From: Gemmatimonadales bacterium
GTDB lineage: Bacteria; Gemmatimonadota; Gemmatimonadetes; Gemmatimonadales; GWC2-71-9
Length of the DNA: 64,000 nt
Assembly (NCBI GenBank): GCA_041615815.1
Contig: JBFJCP010000013.1
Location: forward strand, 32,001-96,000
Direction: 5' to 3'
The translations under genes were made by a program, and so were the position numbers. This document shows positions 9,843 to 18,906 of the stretch, in pieces (position 1 is the stretch's first letter; each line of letters opens with the position of its first letter). A model generated the notes under the pieces. The model worked only from the letters and a program-made list of their open reading frames with translations, was not told where the DNA came from and made no database searches.

Positions 9843-11000
9843 TCACCCCTCGTCGAGGATCGCCTGCAGGACGAGCCGGATGAACTCGTTCACGTGTTCG
9901 CCGCCGTCCACCCACCGCGTGACGGTGACGAGCTCGTTTTCGCGATCGACATAGATCACGTTGGTCGAGCCGGCGCCCAATGCGAAGAACGCTGATTCCG
10001 GCGCGGCAGGAAACAACTCTCGCCCCGTGTTGAGCCACCACATGTAGCCATAGTCGGGGTTGATGTCGCTGGGCGTAATGGCGTGATCGAGCCACTCGCG
10101 GGACACGAGTTGGGCGTCCCCCCAACGCCCTCCGCGGAGCGCCAGAAGACCGAACCGGGCGTGATCGCGGGTGTCGATGAAGAAGCCGCCACCCCAATGC
10201 CCACCCCCGCTCACCGACTGCATGCGCTGGCCGTCGATCTCCGTCCAGGACGTCTCGTACCCATGCCATCGCCAATCGGCTGAAGCGCCGATGGGGTCCA
10301 TGATCCGTTCCTTCAATACTTCGGGAAGGGGGCGCCGAAACAGATAGAGCAACGCGTACGCCATGAGGTTGACCCGCACGTCGTTGTATTCCCAGAACGT
10401 GCCCGGCGCCTGGAGCGTGCGATCGACCCCCCTTCGACGATCGGCGGTGTCCGGCTTGCCCCAAAGGGTGCCCTCCCATTCGCTGGTCTGCTGTAACAGC
10501 TGATGCCACGTGATCGGCGCGTTGTGCTCGGATCCAAAGGTCCCGTCGGTGACGGATGCACCGATTCGGTCGTCGAGGTCTCGAATCAAGCCGTCATCCC
10601 ACGCAAGGCCAGCCACGGTGGACAGGTAGCTCTTCGTCACCGAGAACGTCATGTCTTCCCGACCCGTGTCGCCCCACTCGGCCACGATATAGCCCTTGCG
10701 CACAACGATGCCGTTGACTCCACTCCGCGGCGTAGTGGGACCTACGATCTCCTGATGTGGGATACCTCGAAAGCGATCGGTCAGATAGACGCGTGGATCC
10801 TCGGGGATTTGTGTGGTGAGATGCGCGTTCGCGTAGTCGATGGCATCCTGGAGCTTGGCAGCGTCCATCCCCAACGCTTCCGGCGCTCGCGTCTCCCACG
10901 CGTCGCCCGGAGGGGGAACGTAGCTCCCGGCTTGGTCCCCTCCCGCGGCGCCTGCACAGGCAGCGAGCCATAGCGCGACAGCGGCTGTCGTCGGTTTCAG
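9843..11000 (-). CDS. serine hydrolase (class C beta-lactamase-like) lipoprotein with probable CTG start
   Basis: SVTK (SxxK), WEYND and YGYMWW motifs. The frame extends upstream of the track start through lipobox LAAC to CTG at 11000, preceded by AGGAG. Confidence 0.85.
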   Translation of the reverse strand: MKPTTAAVALWLAACAGAAGGDQAGSYVPPPGDAWETRAPEALGMDAAKLQDAIDYANAHLTTQIPEDPRVYLTDRFRGIPHQEIVGPTTPRSGVNGIVVRKGYIVAEWGDTGREDMTFSVTKSYLSTVAGLAWDDGLIRDLDDRIGASVTDGTFGSEHNAPITWHQLLQQTSEWEGTLWGKPDTADRRRGVDRTLQAPGTFWEYNDVRVNLMAYALLYLFRRPLPEVLKERIMDPIGASADWRWHGYETSWTEIDGQRMQSVSGGGHWGGGFFIDTRDHARFGLLALRGGRWGDAQLVSREWLDHAITPSDINPDYGYMWWLNTGRELFPAAPESAFFALGAGSTNVIYVDRENELVTVTRWVDGGEHVNEFIRLVLQAILDEG

Positions 11001-11030
11001 CGTTTCTCCTATCGTGGCCGAGGACCGTTA

Positions 11031-11627
11031 TCAACCTTGCGGGCGACGCCCTGCATGCGGCCGCGTCCGCGTGCAGTACTCGATCCGGACACCCATCAGA
11101 ACGTTTCTCCCCGCGGCACCGATCAGTGCACTTGCCGTGGTGCTCCCCACCCGAAACGCCTGATCGCTTCTCCCCACCCGCGATCCGATGAGGGCGCCGA
11201 GACCGCCCATGACTCCGGCGCCCACCATGGCCAGCGACGTATAGCCCGTGAAGCCGCAGTCATCACAGGTCGTCGCCACGAGCAGGACTCCGCCGGCCAC
11301 GCCGAGACCCGCGCCGATCGCCGCGCCGGTGAAGGCGTTTCGGCGCGCCGCCTCCGGTGCGCGCGCTTGCGCGCCGATCAACGCGCCCATCGCACCGAGG
11401 AGTGCTCCGCCGGCCACCGCTGCCACCAGTTGGGCGCCACCCGAGCACGGATCGGCGTCGCAGGCCTCGTTGGCGAACAGCAGACCCGCCACGACGCCGC
11501 TCCCTCCACCAATCGCAGTCCCGATGAGCACCGGGGATGGGGCTCGGGCATTTTGGGACTTGGCGGGCGACCACGGAACGATCGCGACCACTAGGACTAC
11601 CACCGTTGGGATGATCGTTCGGTCCAT
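11031..11627 (-). CDS. glycine-zipper membrane/secreted hypothetical protein
   Basis: Signal peptide; two repeats of a Gly-rich helix - Cys-pair loop (CDADPC, CDDC) - Gly-rich helix unit. Confidence 0.65.
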   Translation of the reverse strand: MDRTIIPTVVVLVVAIVPWSPAKSQNARAPSPVLIGTAIGGGSGVVAGLLFANEACDADPCSGGAQLVAAVAGGALLGAMGALIGAQARAPEAARRNAFTGAAIGAGLGVAGGVLLVATTCDDCGFTGYTSLAMVGAGVMGGLGALIGSRVGRSDQAFRVGSTTASALIGAAGRNVLMGVRIEYCTRTRPHAGRRPQG

Positions 11628-11655
11628 CGCTCCTGGCGCCTGCCGCCGCCTCTGC

Positions 11656-14295
11656 CTATCCAACCTCCACATCCATCACATACACGTCGCTCTCGTATTC
11701 GGTCACGGAAAAGTACACCGTGTTGCCGTGTAGGCTGAATCCAAAGGTCGGCGGCTTGGTGGGATCGTCCAGCAGCACAACGGGCCGGGGCGTGCCCCCT
11801 GCGGCAGGGATGCGATACAGCGCCAATGTTCCGGCGGTGTCGCGGCCTAGAAACAGGATTGACCGGCCATCGCTAGACCACTCGGCCCAACCCAAGCCCA
11901 CATCGATCGGAGCAAGACCGCTCGCTCGCCAGCGAAACAGCTCTCGGCTGGTACCGTCTCGCGTGAGGACTGCGAGAATCTCACCAGTGTCAACACTCAG
12001 GCGCTCCCCGTCGGGCGACCAACGACCGTAGAACCCATTCTCCGCGAGCACCCGCGGCTCTCCCCAACCACCACTCGCATCCCGCTCGATCACCCACACT
12101 TGGAACGTTTGGCGCTCAAGGGTCACCGTGTAGACAATCGTGCGACCGTCTGGCGAGAGGGATGGGTGGTACTCTTCGAGCGGACTGTCGGTAAGGCGCC
12201 GCTCGTTGCTACCGTCGGCCGCCATCAGGAAGAGGTCCCGGGTCCCGTGTCGCGTCGAGTAGAACACGATTTCGCTCCCGTCCCACGAAAAATCCGGGTG
12301 AAAGTCGTCACCCGGATCTTCGGTGAGGCGCCGTGGCTCGCCGCCATGCACCGGGACCACGTAGACATCCTGGTTTCCCTCGAGATTCGAATCGAACGCA
12401 AGCAATCGGCCATCGCGAGACACGCCGTGATTCTCGACGATTTGGTTTCCCACGGTGACCGGTCGCGCTTCTCGGATCGAGACCGCGCCAGTCGATGGCA
12501 GATCGACGGCCCAGATGTTCCGCCGAAACGTGAAGCGCGAATAGGCGGCTACCGAACCGTCTGCAGTCAGCGAGATGGAGTGGGGATCGAGCCCCGTTGT
12601 GATGCGAACCGGCGCACCCCGCGGACCTCCGTCCCGGTTCAACCGCACGACATAGAGGTCGCGAGGACCGTCTCTATTTGAGATGAACAGCAGATGTCTC
12701 CCGTCTGGCAACCATACCGGACTGACGTTGAGCGACCCGCCTCCCACGACTTCGATCGAATCACCGCCCGTAACCGCGGCAGTCCAGATCGCGCTGGGCC
12801 CCACGTTGCCCAACGTCTCGAGGTCGGCGAATTGGTAGTTGCCCTGCGCGTACGCCAGCCGCGTCCCGTCCGGCGACCAGGCCACTGAATGAGGAAACGG
12901 TGGGTGTTCGACTACTAGGGTAGGCTCTCCACCATCCAAGGATCTGATGAGGATTCGCTGTCCGGCCGTGAACGCCACGAGATTCCCATGCAACGAGACC
13001 CGGCCATCGGCGCCAACGTCACGGGTGAGTCCGCCGAGCCGCGGAATCAGGTACGTTGTCCTTCGCCCATCGGGCGTGGATTCGGCGAAGAGGAGGTTGC
13101 GGCCGTCTGGCGTCCACCGAGGAGCGTATTGTGCCCCCGCCCGATCCGCGGTGAGCGGGAACGACCGTCCTCCGCTCAGATCACGTACGAAGACGTGCAT
13201 GTCCATGCCGTAGCCTGCGGTATACGCGACCTCGCGGCCATCGGGTGAGATGGCAGGCTCCAACTCGAGTTCCGGTGCGCGCGTGACTTGCCGGATACTC
13301 GAGAAGGCCACCGTCGTGCCATCGGGGCGCAGCGAGGCCCACCCGAGAAACCCCAGCACTGCGATACTCACCACCACCCCCGTGATCACGGCCAGCTTGG
13401 TCCCCTGCCGTTCAAACACGGGAGCCGGCCTGATAGCGGCAGGGCTCAGGTTGGCCGCGCGAATGGCTTCGAGCTCTTTCAGCATGGCGTCCGCGCTTTG
13501 CCACCGATCGGCCGGGCGCTTCTCGAGACACGTCATGACGAAACGCTCCAGACGCCGTGGCACCTGCGCGCGGCGCTTGCCCACGGGCTCGGGCGTTTGC
13601 GTGATGTGCGCTGACAGCACGCTCTGGGCGTTCATGCCAGTGAACGGCGGCTGGCCCGTCAACAGCTCGTACGCCAAGGCGCCCACTGCATAGATGTCGA
13701 CCCGGTGATCGATGTGACGTTCGGCGGCAGCTTGTTCGGGCGCCATGTAGGACGGGGTGCCGAGCGCCATCCCTGCCGTCGTGAGACTTCCCTCCCCCGC
13801 AGCTTCGCTCACCGCCTTGGCCACACCGAAATCGGTCACCATCCCATGGCCCTCGGCGAGCAGCACATTGTCCGGCTTGATATCCCGATGCACCAGGTTC
13901 CGGCGGTGGGCGTATGCCAACGCGTCCACCACGTCTCTGAGGATCTCCACCGCCGAGCCGATCGGGAGTTCGCCATGGCGCGCCACGCGATCGCGGAGCG
14001 ATTCCCCCTCCACGTATGGCATCACGTAAAAGAGGAATCCGTCCGCCTCACCCGAATCGTGGAGTCCGAGGATGTGGGGATGCGTGAGGCTCGCCGCGAT
14101 GTGCACTTCCCGTAAGAACCGGTCCGTTCCCATCGTCGCCGCGATCTGCGGATACAGCACTTTCACAGCAACGGGACGCTGGTGTTTCAGATCTTGCGCC
14201 AAATACACGGTCGCGGTTCCGCCTCGGCCAAGCTGTCGCTCGAGGTGGTACCGGCCCCGAAGGGCGGCGTTCAGGCGTTCGAGGTCGCTGCTCAC
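11656..14295 (-). CDS. Hanks-type Ser/Thr protein kinase with TM helix and TolB-like (PD40) beta-propellers
   Basis: GRGGTATV, VAVK, HRDIKPDN, DFG and APE motifs; TM helix; repeated SPDG/WSPDG motifs. Confidence 0.95.
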   Translation of the reverse strand: MSSDLERLNAALRGRYHLERQLGRGGTATVYLAQDLKHQRPVAVKVLYPQIAATMGTDRFLREVHIAASLTHPHILGLHDSGEADGFLFYVMPYVEGESLRDRVARHGELPIGSAVEILRDVVDALAYAHRRNLVHRDIKPDNVLLAEGHGMVTDFGVAKAVSEAAGEGSLTTAGMALGTPSYMAPEQAAAERHIDHRVDIYAVGALAYELLTGQPPFTGMNAQSVLSAHITQTPEPVGKRRAQVPRRLERFVMTCLEKRPADRWQSADAMLKELEAIRAANLSPAAIRPAPVFERQGTKLAVITGVVVSIAVLGFLGWASLRPDGTTVAFSSIRQVTRAPELELEPAISPDGREVAYTAGYGMDMHVFVRDLSGGRSFPLTADRAGAQYAPRWTPDGRNLLFAESTPDGRRTTYLIPRLGGLTRDVGADGRVSLHGNLVAFTAGQRILIRSLDGGEPTLVVEHPPFPHSVAWSPDGTRLAYAQGNYQFADLETLGNVGPSAIWTAAVTGGDSIEVVGGGSLNVSPVWLPDGRHLLFISNRDGPRDLYVVRLNRDGGPRGAPVRITTGLDPHSISLTADGSVAAYSRFTFRRNIWAVDLPSTGAVSIREARPVTVGNQIVENHGVSRDGRLLAFDSNLEGNQDVYVVPVHGGEPRRLTEDPGDDFHPDFSWDGSEIVFYSTRHGTRDLFLMAADGSNERRLTDSPLEEYHPSLSPDGRTIVYTVTLERQTFQVWVIERDASGGWGEPRVLAENGFYGRWSPDGERLSVDTGEILAVLTRDGTSRELFRWRASGLAPIDVGLGWAEWSSDGRSILFLGRDTAGTLALYRIPAAGGTPRPVVLLDDPTKPPTFGFSLHGNTVYFSVTEYESDVYVMDVEVG

Positions 14296-14469
14296 GTGCC
14301 GAAAGATGCCGGCGACGGATGGGTGGAGCAACCAGCTGAGCCGATCGTTTTCATCCCTGCTTCATGCCCAGTTCACCGCATGATCGCTAGGCTCCGCCAC
14401 AGCGCGGCGTGTGGACGGAAGCGCGGTCAGACCGGCGGTCCCGCCGCCGGCGGAAGTGGGGAGGTGTTT

Positions 14470-15126
14470 ATGAAAAGAACCATCATGTCAGCTGCGCTAG
14501 TTGGGTTGCTCATCGCTGTCTGCGCCAACACGGCGTACGCTCAGACCGTATGGCTGGGTGTCAAGGGTGGCTGGAACAATGCAACGGTCCACGTCGAACG
14601 GGCTGAGGGTTTGGATTTCGATCACATCAACTCGTTCCACGTTGGCGCGCTCATGGGAGTCGACGTGCATCCCAGTTTGGCCATCGAGCTGGAGGCACTC
14701 TACGGGCGGAAGGGCTATGGCGTCAGTGCCGTGGATATCGATGGTAAGACCGAGGCCGGCTTTCTGCAGCTGCCGCTGTTGCTGCGGGTGAAGATCCCGA
14801 CTCGGGCGGGTCCGGTGACGCCGCATCTGTTCGCCGGCCCAGCCGTGGGGTTCGAGCTGCACTGCCAGGTCTCGGGCACGGAACTCGGGGTCACCGTGGA
14901 TGAGTCCTGCGATGATTTCGATCTCGAGCGCAAGAAGGTGGACATCGGCGTGTTGTTCGGCGCCGGATTGGGCATCGCTGCCGGACCGGGGAGCGTGCTC
15001 CTCGACGTCGCATACGACTTAGGGCTTCGGAATCTCAACGACGATCCCATTGGGGACGAGAAAATCCAAAGCAGGACGTTCTGCCTGTCAGTGGGATACA
15101 TGATTCCGATCGGGGGGCGACGCTAA
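14470..15126 (+). CDS. outer-membrane beta-barrel (porin family) protein
   Basis: Signal peptide; LGVKGG, LQLPLLL and YDLGL amphipathic strands; C-terminal VGY; ATG after GGAGG. Confidence 0.85.
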   Translation: MKRTIMSAALVGLLIAVCANTAYAQTVWLGVKGGWNNATVHVERAEGLDFDHINSFHVGALMGVDVHPSLAIELEALYGRKGYGVSAVDIDGKTEAGFLQLPLLLRVKIPTRAGPVTPHLFAGPAVGFELHCQVSGTELGVTVDESCDDFDLERKKVDIGVLFGAGLGIAAGPGSVLLDVAYDLGLRNLNDDPIGDEKIQSRTFCLSVGYMIPIGGRR

Positions 15127-15193
15127 CACGTCAGCAATGCGGTTCTCAAGCAGCAACGCGCTTCCGTCCGCACCGCGCTGACTGGGTGCGAAC

Positions 15194-15300
15194 AGGGTCA
15201 AAAGGTCAGAAGGCCGGAAGGTTGGAAGGTGGCTGGTTCCTGGAAGTCGGAACGGGCCTTCCAGCCCATTGGCCTCTTCCGTTCCCTCCGTCCGACTTCG
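15194..15300. repeat. degenerate 8-nt periodic repeat with purine arm and pyrimidine arm
   Basis: AGGGTCAA AAGGTCAG AAGGCCGG AAGGTTGG AAGGTGGC (15194-15233), followed by a CTTCC-rich complementary arm; lies between convergent genes. Confidence 0.7.
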
Positions 15301-15316
15301 CTCGTTCCCAGACTTC

Positions 15317-16084
15317 TCACCGTCCACCGCTTCTCACTCGTGCTTCGACCTCTTCCAGCGCCGCTTGGCATTCCTCGAGCGTCACCGTCGATCCGTCCAA
15401 CGGCTCGCCGTTGAACACCGTCACCGACGAAAACGGGAGTGGAAACGTGAAGTGCACCGGCCATCTGATGGTGAGCGAGGGACGGCCGTTTGTGATGAGC
15501 GGGACCACCCATGCCCCGGTGGCGCGGGCGATGGCGGCGATGCCGGGTTTCACTCGCCGATAGGGGCCGCCCGCATCGGGAATCAGCCCGATGTTGCGCT
15601 TACTCTCATTGATCATCTGAATGATCTGATCCCTGGGCCGCACTGGTGACTTGCGACGGTAGATCCAAAGACGATAGCCAAACCGCGCCCCGGTTCGCTG
15701 GAGCATACGAGAGAGCAAACCGTCGTGACCGATAGGCGTGGGCGTGAGGGCCGGCGGCGCGTCACGAAAGGTCAAAAAAATCATTGGTTCGTACGCATGC
15801 CACGAGTAATAGATGATGGGCCGCCCGGTCCCGGTCACCCGTTCGAGCAGCCGTTCGGCCGGTGGATCCCACCGAACGCGCGCCGTTCGCCACGCGGGGT
15901 AGATCCACAGCGTCAGCGCAGCATTCGTGACCAGCGTGAGTGGATGAAGCAGACGTTGGTGCCACGCGGTGTCATGCGGCACCGCGGCAAAGGACACCCG
16001 GCCACGGCGGCGCGGTGGCGACGCATCGCCGACGCGGTGCGTATCGCCGTTCCCTTCCCGTCCATCGCTCGGTCGAGCTTCCAT
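15317..16084 (-). CDS. DUF374 / lysophospholipid acyltransferase family protein (start uncertain)
   Basis: IIYYSWH, IPDAGGP...VKPGIAAIARATGAWVVP and FPLPFS motifs. Confidence 0.7.
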   Translation of the reverse strand: MEARPSDGREGNGDTHRVGDASPPRRRGRVSFAAVPHDTAWHQRLLHPLTLVTNAALTLWIYPAWRTARVRWDPPAERLLERVTGTGRPIIYYSWHAYEPMIFLTFRDAPPALTPTPIGHDGLLSRMLQRTGARFGYRLWIYRRKSPVRPRDQIIQMINESKRNIGLIPDAGGPYRRVKPGIAAIARATGAWVVPLITNGRPSLTIRWPVHFTFPLPFSSVTVFNGEPLDGSTVTLEECQAALEEVEARVRSGGR

Positions 16085-16111
16085 CCAACCGTTCTTCCCC
16101 TTCCGTCCTTC

Positions 16112-17368
16112 CTACTTCTGTTCTTGGTCGTATCTGTCCCTCGTCTTGGGCCGCCGATCGACGGCTACCTGGCCGTTGGTGATGACGACCAGCACGTCTT
16201 GCAGGACGCCCACGTCTTCGAGCGGATTCCGGTCCACCACGATCAGATCGGCCTCCAGCCCCGGCCGGATGGCGCCCGTCCGTTCGGCGATGCCGAACAG
16301 CTCAGCGGCGAGACTCGTGGCTGCTCGGAGGGCATCCCATGACGAAATGCCGAGCTCCACGAAAAATCCCACTTCACGCGACACCCGCGCGTAACTCTCG
16401 GGACCGTAGTTGGTGTCGACGCCGGTGACGACGGGGATCCCCAATTCGTAGGCTCGCTGCACCACCGCGCGCCTCCGTGGTGCCATGAACTGACCTCGCA
16501 GAAACAAGCGCGGATCGGCATAGTCGCCCGGCTGCCCAAATGATGAGATGGAGCTCAGCGTGGGCACGAGATAGGTACCTCGTTCGCGCATCAGCCGGAG
16601 CGTGGCTTCTGTAGCAAAGGTGCCGTGCTCGATACTGCGGACCCCGGCCAACACGGCGGCTCGGATCCCCTCGTCCCCGTGCGCATGGGCCATGATGGCG
16701 ACACCGCCCCGCCGCGCCTCAGCCACGATCACCTGCAGTTCTCGTTCCGAGTATACCTGCTCCCGCGGATCCGTGTCCGGACGCCCGGCCCGCTCGGTGC
16801 CTCGGGTCTTCATCCAATCCACGCCGTGATCCAGGTTCACCCGCACCAGCCTCTGAATGGCCTCTTCGGTGCGCACACCGTCTATGAGTGGAAAAAGCCG
16901 CTCGTCGGCCAACACGGCGTCCGCCACGTCCGGCTGCACGTAGACCCCGGTGGCAAGCATATCCGGTCCGGGAAGCTGCCCGCTTCTGACGAGTTCCCGA
17001 ATGGCGATATCCTCATACCCTCCCACGCCGGCCGTTCGGATCGTGGTCACACCGGACTCCAACGCCCGGCGAACCCCTGCGAGATCATTGACATGGCTAT
17101 GGGCATCCATCAGCCCCGGGACGACCCAAGCGCCCCGGACGTCGAGCACCATGGCCCCGGCTGGGGTGGCCACCGGCTCATCCGTGATTCGAGTGATCGT
17201 ACGGCCCGTCACCACGATCGTCTGCCCACGCTTTGGAACCGAGTCCAGTCCGTCGAGCACGTTGGCGTGCGTAATCAACAACGTGGGGGACTCCTGAGCC
17301 GTCGCCGCACTGGCGAGCAACAGCGAGATGCCAAGGCTCACAGCGAGCTGCGCACATGGTCGAATCAT
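16112..17368 (-). CDS. amidohydrolase family protein (Xaa-Pro dipeptidase-like), secreted
   Basis: PGLMDAHSH, GVDWMK, AHAHG, SIEHG, GVD and ADLIVV metal-site motifs. Confidence 0.9.
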   Translation of the reverse strand: MIRPCAQLAVSLGISLLLASAATAQESPTLLITHANVLDGLDSVPKRGQTIVVTGRTITRITDEPVATPAGAMVLDVRGAWVVPGLMDAHSHVNDLAGVRRALESGVTTIRTAGVGGYEDIAIRELVRSGQLPGPDMLATGVYVQPDVADAVLADERLFPLIDGVRTEEAIQRLVRVNLDHGVDWMKTRGTERAGRPDTDPREQVYSERELQVIVAEARRGGVAIMAHAHGDEGIRAAVLAGVRSIEHGTFATEATLRLMRERGTYLVPTLSSISSFGQPGDYADPRLFLRGQFMAPRRRAVVQRAYELGIPVVTGVDTNYGPESYARVSREVGFFVELGISSWDALRAATSLAAELFGIAERTGAIRPGLEADLIVVDRNPLEDVGVLQDVLVVITNGQVAVDRRPKTRDRYDQEQK

Positions 17369-17468
17369 CGTGGCACTCCGAGAGAGATCGACTGAGATAC
17401 TACGGGAAGGCTGGAATGATGGAAAGACGAATCGGATTACCGAAATGGGACCGTGTCGGACGGCTCCT

Positions 17469-18143
17469 CTATTGGCGTGGCGCCACTGGCAGACTGGGTT
17501 CACGTGCGGCCAGATGCCGTACGAACCACGCAGCGGCGACCCGGGCCGCTTCCTCCAGCGTGCCAGGCTCCTCGAAGAGGTGCGTCGCGCCCGGAACCAC
17601 CGCGAGTTCGGACGGTCCCCCCAGCGCCGCCTGCGCTTCCTCGTTCCACTCCAAGACCGGATGATCCAACGCGCCCACGATCAGGAGCGTGGGCACCGTG
17701 ACACGGGCCAATACCGGCATCGCGAGATCGGGACGGCCACCACGCGACACCACCGCGTGGATGGGATACGCAGCACGGGCTGCCGCCGCCAGCGCCGCTG
17801 CAGCGCCTGTGCTGGCGCCGAAGTAGCCGATGGGGATCTCAGGGAACTGTTCGCGAACCCACCCGGTCGCCTGGAGGAGGCGTTCCGCAAGCAAGGCAAC
17901 GTCGAAGACCTTCGCACGATCGCGCGCTTCGAACTCGGTGAGGAGATCGAATAGCAACGTTCCCATCCCCCGCTGCTGCAAGACTTCGGCGACGTAGCGA
18001 TTGCGGGGACTGAGGCGACTGCTGCCGCTACCATGTGCGAACACCACGATCCCGTGCATGGGCGCCGGAATCGCCAGTGTGCCCGGGAGCCTCATCGCAC
18101 CAGCGACGATGGTCACGTCTCGGTCCCGTACCGCTCTCGCCAT
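17469..18143 (-). CDS. alpha/beta hydrolase (dienelactone hydrolase-like)
   Basis: FAHGSGSSRLSPRN, GYFGASTG nucleophile elbow, SRGGRPDLA and THLFEEPG motifs. Confidence 0.9.
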   Translation of the reverse strand: MARAVRDRDVTIVAGAMRLPGTLAIPAPMHGIVVFAHGSGSSRLSPRNRYVAEVLQQRGMGTLLFDLLTEFEARDRAKVFDVALLAERLLQATGWVREQFPEIPIGYFGASTGAAAALAAAARAAYPIHAVVSRGGRPDLAMPVLARVTVPTLLIVGALDHPVLEWNEEAQAALGGPSELAVVPGATHLFEEPGTLEEAARVAAAWFVRHLAAREPSLPVAPRQ

Positions 18144-18150
18144 CCTGCCC

Positions 18151-18822
18151 TCACTTTGCCGCGGTCGCAGGGTGATAATGTGCCTCGCGTTCGAGCCGAC
18201 TCCGTTTGAGTATCCGGCTTACGTCCAGATCCGTCATCTGTCTGAAGTCCTGGTAGTAGACGCCCACGGCGGAGAAATCCGTCGGGGTCTCGAGACAGAC
18301 GACCTCGTCGGCGCGTTGCCGCACCTTGTCCAACGATTGCGGGGGTGCCACGGGGATCGCCACGATCACACGGTCCGCCTCGAGACGACGTACCGCGCTT
18401 ATGGCTGCGAGCATTGTGCTCCCGGTTGCGATCCCGTCGTCGACGAGAATGACGGGCCGCTCTCCAACTCGGAGTGGTGGGCGGTCCCCACGGAACCGCT
18501 GGGCGCGATCCTTGGCATCGCTCCGCGCCTGTTGGACGGCAGTCTCGACGTACCATTCCGGTACCCCGAGCAGCGCGATGATCTCATCGTCCAAGACAAC
18601 GACATCGGAGGTCACCGCTCCGATGGCCAGCTCGGGTTGCATCGGAGCGCCAAGCTTCTTGACGACCAGAACATCCAGCGGGAGGGCAAGGCCGTGGGCC
18701 ACTTCAAAGGCCACCGGCACGCCACCGCGGGGGAGAGCCAGGACCAGCGCATCCGAGTCGCGAAAGCGTTCCAGGACTGCCACCAGTCGCCGACCGGCTT
18801 CGCAACGATTCGCAAATATCAT
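18151..18822 (-). CDS. phosphoribosyltransferase family protein
   Basis: LALPRGGVPV, VILVDDGIATG (PRPP-binding loop) and AVGVYYQDF motifs. Confidence 0.9.
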   Translation of the reverse strand: MIFANRCEAGRRLVAVLERFRDSDALVLALPRGGVPVAFEVAHGLALPLDVLVVKKLGAPMQPELAIGAVTSDVVVLDDEIIALLGVPEWYVETAVQQARSDAKDRAQRFRGDRPPLRVGERPVILVDDGIATGSTMLAAISAVRRLEADRVIVAIPVAPPQSLDKVRQRADEVVCLETPTDFSAVGVYYQDFRQMTDLDVSRILKRSRLEREAHYHPATAAK

Positions 18823-18906
18823 GGTCACCCCCCACTTCACCGTCATAATATCGGTCCTCGGTGGTGAAGGAGGGGTGAAACACGCGTAAAGACCGAGAAG
18901 GAGGGA

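Noticed and set aside
15194..15300. CRISPR array or IS end
   Set aside because: Units are 8 nt, degenerate and unspaced; no cas or transposase gene in the window
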